64,000 bases of DNA from the NCBI GenBank assembly GCA_963575745.1, contig CAUYUJ010000038.1, positions 1 to 64,000 of the forward strand. Direction: 5' to 3'. The position numbers were made by a program, and so were the translations under genes. The notes beneath the pieces are model-generated. The model did no database searches. It worked only from the letters and a program-made list of their open reading frames with translations, and was not told the origin of the DNA. Positions within the stretch are counted from its first letter, which is position 1. The number at the start of each line of letters is the position of its first letter. Source of the DNA: Prorocentrum cordatum (Eukaryota). Below are positions 47,798-61,899 of the stretch, piece by piece.

Positions 47798-48991
47798 TCC
47801 ACGACTACTCTCCTCTGTCCCCAGATGACGTCCAGAAGATATCCGGCCCCCCTCCTTGTATGGTTTTTTTCTCACAGGATTCCCGGAACTGGGTTCTCGA
47901 TTGGGGTATTGTTCAAAAGCTCCCGCTGAGGCGCTGGCCTCATGTTCGGGTTTGTGCTTGTTCCGAATCGTGCTCCCGCGGCAGCGCTGGCCTCATTGCT
48001 GCGTTTCAGCTCGTGCCGAATCGTGCTCCCGCAGCAGCGCTGGCTTCATTTCCGCGTTCCCGCTCGTTCCGAATCGTGCTCCCGATGCAACGGTGGCCTT
48101 CCTTCCAAATCGGCCCTGAAATTTAGAACATGCCCCCCCCCACGAAGAAAACCATCGGAAGTGATTACACATTCGGTGTCGATTCGTTGATTTTTGGGGC
48201 CGCAGAAGTATTCCACTTTGGGGCTTCGTCGTTTTCAGGGAGTATCAAGCGTGAGCCCCGCTTCTGCTGGGAAAAGATGATGTTGGAAGCGGAGCCACCG
48301 GGTACTCTCCATCAGCCGTGCCTTGTGTGGAGTTTTTCGGGGAGCCTGAGGAGCTAGACATGGAGCCACGACTCCAGACCGGCCCAGACCTTTCGAAGAC
48401 GATCCACTTCCCCTCCACAGAACCTGGCCTCATGCCATGACATGCTGTGCGGTGCGTTGTTGTGTTCTGCGCCGCTGTGCGATGCCATGCATTGCGTTGC
48501 AATGCATTGTGATGCAGTGCTTCACTGCGCAACGCCACGCCATGTTATGGCATGCTGCGCTCCTCTGAGCTCTCCCACGCCATGCCATGCCATGCCGTGG
48601 TCTACCACGCGTCGCGTACCCTCTCGCGATCATTGCCCTGCTAGACATCCGAGTGTGCGAAAAGAGAGGATATCTACGCCATGGTAAGGGATGGGAGGGA
48701 GGGTCAGGACGTGATATTTGACGCTAGCGCACCTAGCTTGTCCTACCCCTCCTGCTCCTCCACCTCCTCCTCGTCCTTCTCCTCCTCTTCCTCCTTCTCC
48801 TCCTCCTCCTCCTCCTCCTCCGCCTCCTCCCTGTCCCCCCCCCTCCCTGCCCTCCCCCTCCTCCTCCTTCTCCTCCTCCTTCTCCTCCTCCTCCCTCTCC
48901 TCCGCCTCCTCCTCCGCCTCCTCCTCCTCCTCCTCCTCCTCATCCCCTCCCTGAGGCCGCAGCGAACCTCAGGGAAGCCATTGAGGACGGG

Positions 48992-51410
48992 ATGGGTGCT
49001 GTTATATCGGTGAATCAAGCCTCCCTCGTTGCCTCGTCGGATTCGCTCGCCAAGCAGGTCAGAGACTGTTTTGGGGTGCTTGCGGGACCCGTTGTGCAGT
49101 CGGCCGTCAATCTGGGCATTGACTTTTCCCCTGGTTGTTCTCGGCGAGCCCCAAGGAGGGGTAAAAAGGCCACCGATCGAAAAAGGATGTTCAACAAAAA
49201 ACTTAGGAGGCTCAGGAGGGCCAAGCGGCCCCTGGGCAGGCATGCCGTCAAAGTTTTTACTGATGGACCTGTGCCCAGCCTTACCTTTTGGGCCGAGGTC
49301 CATGGCATTTCCAGTTTCGAATGGGAACGGCTACAGGTCGCTGCCGCCAGCACCATGCAGCCCGCTGCCAAGATGAGGTCGCGGACCTCAGTTCTCATTC
49401 TGTCCCAGGGCCCGACCTGGTACCCCGCCGTGGCTCCTATCGTGCGCTACGCCAGGGAAATATGGGCCAACCAAACTAGGCTCTTCCCGTTTGTCGCTCC
49501 TTGGGCTGAGTTGCGTTCCGCTTGGGCCTGTGTGTTTTGTTCCTCGGGCCCCAAATCCTGGCGTGGGGTGAAAGGGCCCCTTGGGGCCATGAAGCTTGCC
49601 CTGGATCGGGTGTCCTGGAGCATGCCCAATTTCTGTACCCTCCTGGATGATTTCGGGACCGAAGTTTCCCTCACCGTCACCTCCCCCGCCCTTCTGACAA
49701 AAAAACTTCTGAAGGCCGCGGTGCAGAGGACCCGCGAGCGAGCCAGTGGTACTGCCCTGCTGCCTCACACGCCTGGTGCTCGAGTCTGCCACGATGTTGT
49801 GGCTGCCACACTGCGCTCCAAGAAGGGCACACCTTTGCAGCGAGGGTGTGCCAACGCTGCCGGTTGTAATGCCACGTGGACTAGGATGAGAGCTGCTGAG
49901 GCTGGTTATGGGGTGGGCACTACGTGCGACCTCTGCGGCGTTGCTGCCGACACCATGCTGCGTCGGCTCTGGTTCTGCATCGCGTGCCATGACAAGCGGC
50001 AGGAAGTGTTCGATAGTTTCAAGGAGAGGTTTACCCTCATGCCCCCGCCCGACCTGACACGTGACAAGGATGAGGAGGATTTCCTGTTGTACACCAGAGG
50101 TCTGTTTCGGCATCCAGGAGACGTGTTTCCCGTACCTGCTCGGGACGATGTTGAGGATACTGGACTTGAGGTTGTTTGGGCCCACGACCGCTCCAGCAGG
50201 TCCCTTTGACATCGCTGGGCACATTTTTGTTGACGGGTCGTGTGATACTCATACCGTTAAAGAGCTCTCCAGGGCTGGGTGGGGAATCGTAGTTGTAGGG
50301 GACGACGGCGATGAGGTTTGCCGCATTAGTTGTCCTTTTGTGGGCCCCTAACCTCCAAACCGCCCAAGGAGGGGAATTTGGGGCCTACGCTGTTGCAGCG
50401 ATGCATGCCCAAGCGGGGAGTTCCATCTATTCTGATTGCAAAAACGTTGTGGTCCAAGCCGATGAACCTTTGTTGCGGGCCCTGTCTTATAAGCGAGTTT
50501 ACTTTGGTTTTCTGCTCCCCACCCATCGGACGTTGGTTGAGGGAGTTTCCAAGGTCAAGGCCCACGTTGAAGAATCTAGGGGCCTTTCAGACTTGGAACT
50601 ATTTTGGAAGCTAGGCAACGACCTAGCTGACAGTGTTGCTAAAAAACTCACTCGCCAGGCACCCGCCGCCCGACCCTTGTGATGTCATGTGGCTCGATCG
50701 GTGTCTGTCGATCGCGAAGTGTGTAATGCGACTCTCTGCCGAGCTGATGCCGTTACGGCCCAGGCTCGATTTGAAAGGCGTCCCTTTGGTCCCGAAGCCC
50801 CCGAAGCCCAAGGAGGATCAGCGCTTCGAATGTCTCATAGTTGCCAAGGGAGTGCCGCGTTTTAGTCCTCTTGGCCAAGGCAAGGTCGGAGGCCTAGACC
50901 CACCGCCCCCAGGCAAGTGCCTCAGAGATTCCAAGCTCGAGGCGGCGATCCTCCGCGCCCTCCAGCATAACTGGATTGCCTTGCTATGCTCGGGCGGGGC
51001 TGTGCTTACCATATGTACGCGATGCTATGACTATTCCTCACATGGGCTGCCTCGCATTTTTTTTAAAGCGCGATGACTGTCCCCAGAGTGCTGGGGCCAA
51101 GTCGGCATGGATTTCTGTGGGCACGGGTAGGCACCCTAAGCGGCGAGGCGTGTCTGTCGAGGTTGGCCCTTGGTACGTTGACCAGGACTCAGAGGAGCTA
51201 CCGCGGCGCCTTTCCGACTGGGAAAAGGAGGAGCGCACAGCCAGTCTTGTGCGCAAGCTCATTGTTGCTGCTGGGGGAACGCCTCGGCCCCCGACAGCCG
51301 TTCCAATGGAGGTTGAGCCCCCATCGCCACAGGCTGCCGCACAGAAGCAGGGAGATCGAGTCGTCAACTGTCTGTCGTCGTCGAGTACCGAGCCTGCTCC
51401 TGTGCGTTGA
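48992..51410 (+). mobile_element. 5'-truncated non-LTR retrotransposon with post-RT region, zinc knuckle and RNase H
   Basis: NLGIDF; CDLCGVAADTMLRRLWFC; RNase H motifs IFVDGS, RAGWGIV, QTAQGGEF, IYSDCKNVV, KVKAH, GNDLADSVAK; interrupted by stops and frameshifts. Confidence 0.85.
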
Positions 51411-52359
51411 TTACACCTGGGTTGGGGGTGCTGTGTCGTCCTTGCGTCGCCTTTGTGTTGTGTGTTTCGTGTGCGCGCTTGCACGTGCGTCAGGCACCCC
51501 CAGTTGTGGGGGAAGGTGCGCTGAACGCGAGATCTGTTCTGACTTTCTCTGGGCTTGGCACGGGGGCGGTGGTCAGCCCCGACCGTTGCCCTGCCCTGTC
51601 TATGCTTTAAGGCTCTGCCGCTTGTAGCCTCTGTACCCTGCGTTGGAGCGGGAGGCGGTGGGTCCTTGATCGCCCCGCCCAGCTGGCCAACGGGCCGCAT
51701 CTGGAGGGCCCATCACGGGAACACTGGCTCGGTGGTTTGAGTTGGGCCCACACCAGGGGCGTAGTATGGCCACCGTCCTGGCGTTTCAGTACGCCAGGGG
51801 TAGGCCAGCTGCGTCGTCCTGGCGTCGCCTTGTTCTTTGTTGTTCGTGTCGCTTGCGTCAGTTGCACGTGCGTCAGGCACCCCAGTTGTGGGGGGAGGTG
51901 CGCAGCACGAGTGTTCGTTTTGGCTCAGGCTTGACACGGAGGCGCCCCGCCCCGACCGTTGCCTTGTCTGTCGGCCCCCGCCCGTCTGTACGGGGGGGCA
52001 GCCCATATGGGCGCAATGCCGCCCAGGAGGTCTGCAGGTGCGCGTCGGCGCGCCTACCCTCGAAGAGGGAGGCGCCTCACGTCCGCCGCAGCTTTTCGTG
52101 GTCCGACGCTTCGGACTTGAGGTGCCCTTCGGGCCCACCCTAGGGGCGCCTTGGCCTTGACCTCTCTCTATGGTCTTGGCCTTGAGGGGGCGGGCGGTTC
52201 GCCACAGGGGATCCTCCCCGTTGTGGGAAATCGCACCGTGGCTGTCGCGCCCACCCTCCTTCTCTCCTTTTTCGCACTGCTTGTTGGACTGCCTTCATCC
52301 AGGTCAAGGAGCAGGGGACGACGGCGGATCCGTCGTCTGCTGGGCACGGTTGATGTCAA

Positions 52360-54280
<1,921 letters not shown>

Positions 54281-54289
54281 ATCGAATCC

Positions 54290-56135
54290 GATCTGGGATG
54301 TGGCCACCTCTGGTAAAAACTTTGTAGGGACGGAGCCACTTCTCATAACCATTACGGATGGAGCCACTTCTGAAAGAAGCCTACTAGTAAAGGAGACACC
54401 TCTGGTAGAATCGCATGGGCGATGGATCCGCCTCGAATCAGTAGTAATGAATGGAAAAAGCTACTTCTAATAGATTCCTAGTGTTGATGATTCCACCTCT
54501 ACTAAGATCCAAATCGGGATGTAGCTACCGCTGGTAGAACTCCATGAGGGATGCATCCACCTGTGATGGACTCCTCAAGGGCATGGAGCCGCCTGTGAGA
54601 GGACCCTATCAGGGATGGAGACACCTCTGATACAATCCGATGAAGGATACATCCAGCTCTGATGTGTCCTATCAGGGATGCATCCACCTAGAATAAAATC
54701 CGAGTAGGCATGGAGCCACCTCTGGTAGGATCCAATTGAACAAAGATCCACCTCTAAGAGAACCCGATTCGGGTTCCGGTTCCGGTTCCGGTTCGGGCGG
54801 CCGGCGGGGGGGGAAGGTAGTTCCGGTTCCAGTTATGGTTCCGGTTCGGGTGGCCAGCGAGATAGGGGGGGGGGCTAATTCCGGTTCCGGTTCCGGTTCG
54901 AGCCACCTGCGATAAAAGCCTATGACGGATGGAGCCACAGCAAATATAATCCCATTAAGGATGGAGCCACCTCTGATATAAACTTATTAGGGATGGAGCC
55001 ACCTGTGAAAATTAAGGATGGAGCCTCATTTGATATAAGCCAATGAGCGATGAAGCCACCTCTAAAATCCGAAGAGGAATGTGGCCACCTCTTACAGAGT
55101 CCTAGGAGCCACCTCTGATACAATCCCAGTACGGATGGACCCCCCTCTAGTAACCTCTAATTAAATCCTGGTAGGAATGGAGCCGCCTATCCTCTTAGCC
55201 ATGGAGCCACCTCTAACAGAATCCAAGCGAGTCCGTTAAGGATGAAGACACCCATGATCAACGCCAGTTAGGGCGCCGAAGTGAAACCTGGCGAGCCCGC
55301 GCCGCAGCGAGCGCGAAGCCCGGGGCAGCAAAACAAAAAAAAGAAAAAGCGGCTGCGCCGCTTCTTCATTTTTTAAGTGGTTTCATGGCGTGGGGTAAGG
55401 AGCAATTGTTGTTCGAAGATGTAGCCGCGATCCGCAAAACGAACTTTGCAGGAAGCCACGGCCGTCGAACAAAACTTCATGGATGACCAAACTTTCAGGT
55501 TAAGGGTGGACCACCTCTACGAGGGGTGGAGCAGCGTCTGACGGAATCCTATGAGGGATCGAACCACCTCTGATAGAATCGCACTCGGGATGGAGCCACT
55601 TCTGAAAAACTCATTTGGGAGGTGGAGCCACATTTTTATAGAACCCTTTAGGATCAACATCGCCTTTAAGATAGTCCTAGTAGGGATGGGGGCACCTCTC
55701 ATGAAATGCCAAAAAATCAGAGCCGGAACCCCCTCTGCTATTAGAGAGTCGAGGCACCTCTGATTGAATGCTCGAACGGCTGGAGCCAACTCTAATAGAG
55801 TCCTAATTGGAATGGGGGCACCCTGTAATATAATCCGTCAGGAATGGAGCCAATTAGAAGGTAATCATACTTGAGATTTAGCCACCCCTCATAAAATTCA
55901 AGTAAAGATGGAGCCGCACACCCGATCGAACCCGAGCAACGATGGCGCCACCTCGACTGCAATCCTAATAGGGAAGCAACCACCTCTAGCATAACCCTCC
56001 TAGGAATGAAGCAACTTCGAAAAATACCCGATTCGTGATGGAGCCACCTCTATTGGAATCCTGGCAGAGATGGGGCCACCTGTTATTAAAGCCCATGACG
56101 GATGGAGCCACAGCAAATATAAACGCATTAAGGAT
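54290..56135. repeat. ~38-40-bp degenerate satellite with core GATGGAGCCACCTCT; resumes at 61500-61890
   Basis: The core recurs about every 40 bp, with mutually related linkers. Confidence 0.9.
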
Positions 56136-59100
56136 TGAGCCGCGCCGTGTTTCCATGGAAATACATATTACGAATAATGCGGCGCATGTTGGCGCCACAT
56201 TGCGCGCGGGATGACGCCGCCGCGCCCGCGCGCCGCGCGCGTGCGCGCCACTCCCGCCAGCCGCGAGGGCGCCAATGCAAACCCGACGGGCAATTGCGAG
56301 GAAGGCCCTTGGGCCCGACGAGCCCGAATGCGCCAGGGCCAATTTTTTAAAACAAGGAAAGGTATTGCTAGGGCCGACGAGCAATTGCGAGGAGGGCCCT
56401 TAGGCCCGACGAGCAAATGCTCGGGCGGGCCCCCCCCCCCCCCATGGAGGGGGTTAGGGGGAAGCACGTTTGTTCGAGGAAGGCGCGGCGCTCCGCAAAA
56501 CGAACTTGGCAGGAAACCACGGCTCCCGAAAAAAATGGCACCGCTGAATATGAATTCCACGTTGGCGCGGTAACTTTCCATGTGAATTCTCTGAGTACCT
56601 CAATAGTTCTGGCCCCCCGGACTACAGGGGCCCCCCGGCTTTCAAGGGCCCCTCCCCCGGACTACAAGGGCCCCCCCCCCGGACTACAGGGACCCCCCCC
56701 CGGACTACCAGGACCCCCCCCCGGACTACAAGGGCCCCCCCCCCGGACTACAGGAACCCACCCCCGGACTACAATGACCCGGAAGCAAGGAACAAAAATT
56801 TGACAAGGGACAGGAAACGAGGAACAAAACTTGAAAAGCGAAAGGGGGCGGGAGGGGGAAGGGAGCACTGAGGGGCGACGATATGATTTTCAGTGGCACC
56901 GATGCTGCTGAAGGTCGTGCCCCCCGGGCTACAGGGACACCCCCCCGGACTTCAAGGGCCCCCCCCCGGACTACAAGGGCCCCCCCCCCGGCAAGGGCCC
57001 CCCCCCGGACTACAAGGGCCCCCAAAAAACCCACCCCGGACTACAGGGGCCCAGCCCCCGGACTACAGGGGCCGCCCCCGGACTATTGCGCACCCCAGAA
57101 CTATTGAGGGACTCAGAGTTCCCCTGGAGAGAATCTGGCGCATGTTGAGGTCGCATTGCGCGCGAGATGAAACTGTTCATGGCCATCGCGCCACCCATGT
57201 TGGCGCGTCGTGTTTCCATGGATATACACATTACGAGTAATGCGGCGCCGGTTGCTGCCACGTTGCGCGCGGGGTGACGCCGCCGCGGGCCATCCCGCAG
57301 ACAGCGTTCGCGCGTTAAGTTTTGATTTGGGCACCTACTGGGAGTAATAAAGCGCATGATGCGCATAGTAATGCGGCAATGCGCGCGACGTGAAACAACT
57401 GTTGGCCACCCCTGCGTGACTGCGTCGTAGTCTTCACCGCCTGCCAGTATGGCTGGCGCTGGCACCAGCTCGCGCGCGCGGGGCCCCCCCTGGCCCGTTG
57501 CCGGATTAATGTTCCAAATGCGCGAGAAGCCAGCCCGCGCAATCTCCGCCGAGCTCGCCGCCGCGCACGCCGCCCCTCAGCGCGGCGCGGGCGCGCCGCC
57601 CCCGCCAGCCGCGAGGGCGCCAATGCAAACCCGACGGGCAATCGCGAGGAAGGCCCTTGGGCCCGACGAGCCCGAAGGCGCCAGGACCAATACAAAAAAA
57701 GGAAAGGTATTGTTAGGCCCAACGAGCAATTGCGAGGAGGGCCCATAGGCCCGACGAGCAAACGCTCGGGCGGCCCCCCCCCCCCCCATGGAGGAGGTTA
57801 GGGGGAAGAACGTTTGTTCGAGGAAGGCGCGGCGCTCCGCAAAACGAACTTGGCAGGAAACCACGGCCTCCGAAAAAAATGGCACCGCTGAATATGAATT
57901 CCACGTTGGCGCGGTCACTTTCCATGTGAATTCCCCCTGGAGAGAATCTGGCGCATGTTGAGGTCGCATTGCGCGCGACGTGAAATTGTTCGCGGCCATC
58001 GCGCCACCCATGTTGGCGCGTCGTGTTTCCATGGAAATACACATTACGAGTAATGCGGCGCCGGCTGCTGCCGCGTTGCGCGCGGGGTGACGCCGCCGCG
58101 GGCCATCCCGCAGACAGCGTTCGCGCGTTAAGTTTTGATTTGGACACGTACTGGGAGTAATAAAGCGCATGGTGCGCATAGTAATGCGGCAATGCGCGCG
58201 ACGTGAAACAACTGTTGGCCACCCCTGCGTGACTGCGTCGTAGTTTTCACCGCCTGCCAGTATCGCTGGCGCTGGCGCCAGCTCGCGCGCGCGGGACCCC
58301 CCCTGGCCCGTTGCCGAACTAATGTTCCAAATGCGCGAGGAGCCAACCCGCGCAATCTCCGCCGAGCTCGCCGCCGCGCACGCCGCCCCTCAGCGCGGCG
58401 CGGGCGCGCCGCCCCCGCCAGCCGCGAGAACGCCAATGCAAACCCGACGGGCAATCGCGAGGAAGGCCCTTGGGCCCGACGAGCCCGAAGGCGCCAGGAC
58501 CCATAAAAAAAAGGAAAGGTATTGTTAGGCCCGACGAGCAATTGCGAGGAGGGCCCCCAGGCCCGACGAGCAAACGCTCGGGTGCCCCTCCCCCCCCCAT
58601 GGAGGGGGTTAGGGGGAAGAACGTGTTTGTTCGAGGAAGGCGCGGCGATCCGCAAAACGAACTTGGCAGGAAACCACGGCTTCCGAAAAAAATGGCACCG
58701 CTGAATATGAATTCCACGTTGGCGCGGTCACTTTCCATGTGAATTCCCCCTGGAGAGAATCTGGCGCATGTTGAGGTCGCATTGCGCGCGACGTGAAATT
58801 GTTCACGGCCGTCGCGCCACCCATGTTGGCGCGTCGTGTTTCCATGGAAATACACATTACGAGTAATGCGGCGCTGGTTGCTGCCACGTTGCGCGCGGGG
58901 TGACGCCGCCGCGGGCCATCCCGCAGACAGCGTTCGCGCGTTAAGTTTTGATTTGGACGCGTATTGGGAGTAATAAAGCTCATGATGCGCATAGTAATGC
59001 GGCAATGCGCGCGACGTGAAACAACTGTTGGCCACCCCTGCGTGACTGCGTCGTAGTTTTCACCGCCTGCCAGTATCGCTGGCGCTGGCACCAGCTCGCG

Positions 59101-61200
59101 CGCGCGGGGCCCCCCCTGGCCCGTCGCCGAACTAATGTTCCAAATGCGCGAGAAGCCAGCCCGCGCAATCTCCGCCGAGCTCGCCGCCGCGCACGCCGCC
59201 CCTCAGCGCGGCGCGGGCGCGCCGCCCCCGCCAGCCGCGAGAGCGCCAATGCAAACCCGACGGGCAATCGCGAGGAAGGCCCTTGGGCCCGACGAGCCCG
59301 AAGGCGCCAGGACCAATAAAAAAAGGAAAGGTATTGTTAGGCCCGGCGAGCAATTGCGAGGGGGGCCCTTAGGCCCGACGAGCGAATGCTCGGGCGGGCC
59401 CCCCCCCCCCATGGAGGGGGTTAAGGGGAAAAACGTTTTTTCGAGGAAGGCGCGGCGCTCCGCAAAACGAACTTGGCAGGAAGCCACGGGTGGCGAAAAA
59501 AGTGGCACTGGTGAATATAAATTCCACGTTGGCGCGGTCACTTTCCATGTGAATTCCCCCTGGAGGGAAACTGGCGCATGTTGAGGTCGCATTGCGCGCG
59601 ACATGCAACTCTTCATGGCCATCGCGCAACCTATGTTGGCGCGTCGTGTTTCCATTGACAATACATACTACGAGTAATGCGGCGCTTGTGGGTGCCATAT
59701 CGCGCGCGGGATGACGCCGCCGCGGGCCACCCAGGACACAGCGTTCGCGCGTTAAGTTTTGATTTGGGGACATACTGGGAATCATATGGCGCATGATGCG
59801 CATGATAGGGCCGCCATGCGCGCCACGTGAAACAATGGTTGGCCATCGCTGCGTGACTGCATCGTGCTCTTCACCGCCTGCCAATATCCCTGGCACTGGC
59901 ACCAGCTCGCGCGCGCGAGGTCCTCTGGGCCTGTTGCCGAACGAATGCTCCAATTGCGCGAGAGACCAGCCCGCGCAAGTTCCGCTAAGCTCGCCGCCGC
60001 GCACGCCGCCCCTCAGCCCGACGAGCGATTGCGAGGAAGGCCCAGAGGCCCGACGAGCACGTGCTCGGGCGCATGGTAGTGCGGCAATGCGCGCGACGTG
60101 AAACAACTGTTGGCCACCCCTGCGTGACTGCGTCGCAGTTTTAGTATCGCCGGCACTGGCGCCAGCTCGCGCGCGCGGGATCCTCCTGGGCCCGTTGCCG
60201 AAGTAATGTTCCACATGCGCGAGAAGCCGGCCCGCGCAATCTCCGCCGAGCTCGCCGCCGCGCACGCCGCCCCTCAGCGCCCGCGCGTCGCGCGCGGGCG
60301 CGCCGCCCCCGCCAGCCGCGAGAACGCCCACGCAAACCCGACGGGCAATTGCGAGGCAATTGGGAGGAAGGCCCTTGGGCCCGACGAGCCCGAAGGCGCC
60401 AGGACCAATTTAAAAAAGAAAGGTATTGTTAAGCCCGACGAGCAATGGCGAGGAGGGCCCTTCGGCCCGACGAGCAAATGCTCGGGTGGGTTCCGACGAA
60501 CTTGGAAGGAAGCCACGGGTTCCGAAAACAATTAGCACCGGTGAATATAAATTCCATGTTGGCGCGGTCGCTTTCCATGTGAATTCCCCCCGGAGGGAAT
60601 CTGGCGCATGTTGAGGTCGCATTGCGCGCGACATGAAACTGTTCATGGCCATCGCGCAACCCATGTTGGCGCGTCGTGTTTCCATGAAAATACATACTAC
60701 GAGTAATGCGGCGCTTGTGGGTGCCATATTGCGCGCTGGATGACGCCGCCGCGGGCCACCCAGGACACAGCGTTCGCGCGTTAAGTTTTGATTTGGGGAC
60801 ATACTGGGAATCATATGGCGCATGATGCGCATGATAGGGCCGCCATGCGCGCCACGTGAAACAATGGTTGGCCATCGCTGCGTGACTGCATCGTGCTCTT
60901 CACCGCCTGCCAATATCCCTGGCACTGGCACCAGCTCGCGCGCGCGAGGTCCTCTGGGCCTGTTGCCGAACGAATGCTCCAATTGCGCGAGAGACCAGCC
61001 CGCGCAAGTTCCGCTAGGCTCGCCGCCGCGCACGCCGCCCCTCAGCCCGACGAGCGATTGCGAGGAGGGCCCAGAGGTCCGACGAGCACGTGCTCGGGCG
61101 GGCCCCCCCCCCCATTGGAGGGGGTTAAAAGGAAAAGACGTGTTTTCAAAGAAGGCGCGGCGCTCCGCGAAACGAACTTGGCAGGAAGCCACGGGTTCCG
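56135..61200. repeat. ~812-bp tandem repeat, about six copies
   Basis: The landmark CATGTGAATTC has its GAA at 56584, 57928, 58741, 59551 and 60581, giving periods of 812 (after removing an insertion), 813, 810 and 1030. Confidence 0.95.
56589..57118. mobile_element. 530-bp non-autonomous TIR element inserted into one unit of the 812-bp array
   Basis: 24-bp TIRs CTCTGAGTACCTCAATAGTTCTGG / CCAGAACTATTGAGGGACTCAGAG (1 mismatch), an apparent 2-bp TT duplication, and internal ~21-bp repeats CCCCGGACTACAAGGG. The empty site is seen in sister units. Confidence 0.9.
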
Positions 61201-61899
61201 AAAATCGTCTATGGGTGCGACAATCTACTCTCAGCAGGTTGCCGGAGCCTGCAGCGTGTCCGGGGCCCGGGGCAGCAGCAAAAAAAAGGAAGAAGCGGCT
61301 GCGCCGCTTCTTCCTTGTTTTTTTTTTTGTGTGCGTTGCCTTCATGGTGGGGGGGGCTGCGCCGCTTCTTCCTGCTTTGTTTGGCGGGGGGTTAAGGGGG
61401 GCGGACGGTTTTTCTGCGCTTCGGCCGCGATCCGCAAAACGAACTTGGCAGGACGCCACGGTCTTGAAAAAAACTGCATCGGCGACCATAATTTCATATC
61501 TGGGGTGGGGCCACGACTCATAAAATCCGATCAAGGGGTGGAGTAACGACTCACGGAAACTTATTAGGGACCGACCCACCTCTGATTGAATCCTAGTAGG
61601 AATGGAGCCACGTCTAATAGACTCCTACTGGGGATGGAGCCACCTTTCACATAATCCTTTAAGAGTGGAAGCACTTTTACTATAGGCCTACCAGGGATGG
61701 AGCCACCTCTCATATAATCCAATTAAGGACGGAGCCCTCCCTGATATAATCCTGATAAGAACGGAGCCACCTCGACTGTAATCCTCATAGGGATGCAGCC
61801 ACCTCTCATATGATCTCAGAAGGGATGAAGCAATCTCGAATTAGTTTCCGATTCGCGATGGATCAACCAACCTCTAGTGCAATCTTGGCAGAGCACATG

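Noticed and set aside
54290..56135. CRISPR-like array with a recurring GATGGAGCCACCTCT core
   Set aside because: The core is degenerate, the linkers resemble each other rather than being unique spacers, there are no cas genes, and the context is eukaryotic.
56135..61200. Tandem gene array or RNA-gene (5S, SL) repeat
   Set aside because: No ORF is conserved across units, and no 5S, tRNA or SL sequence is recognisable in the 812-bp unit.
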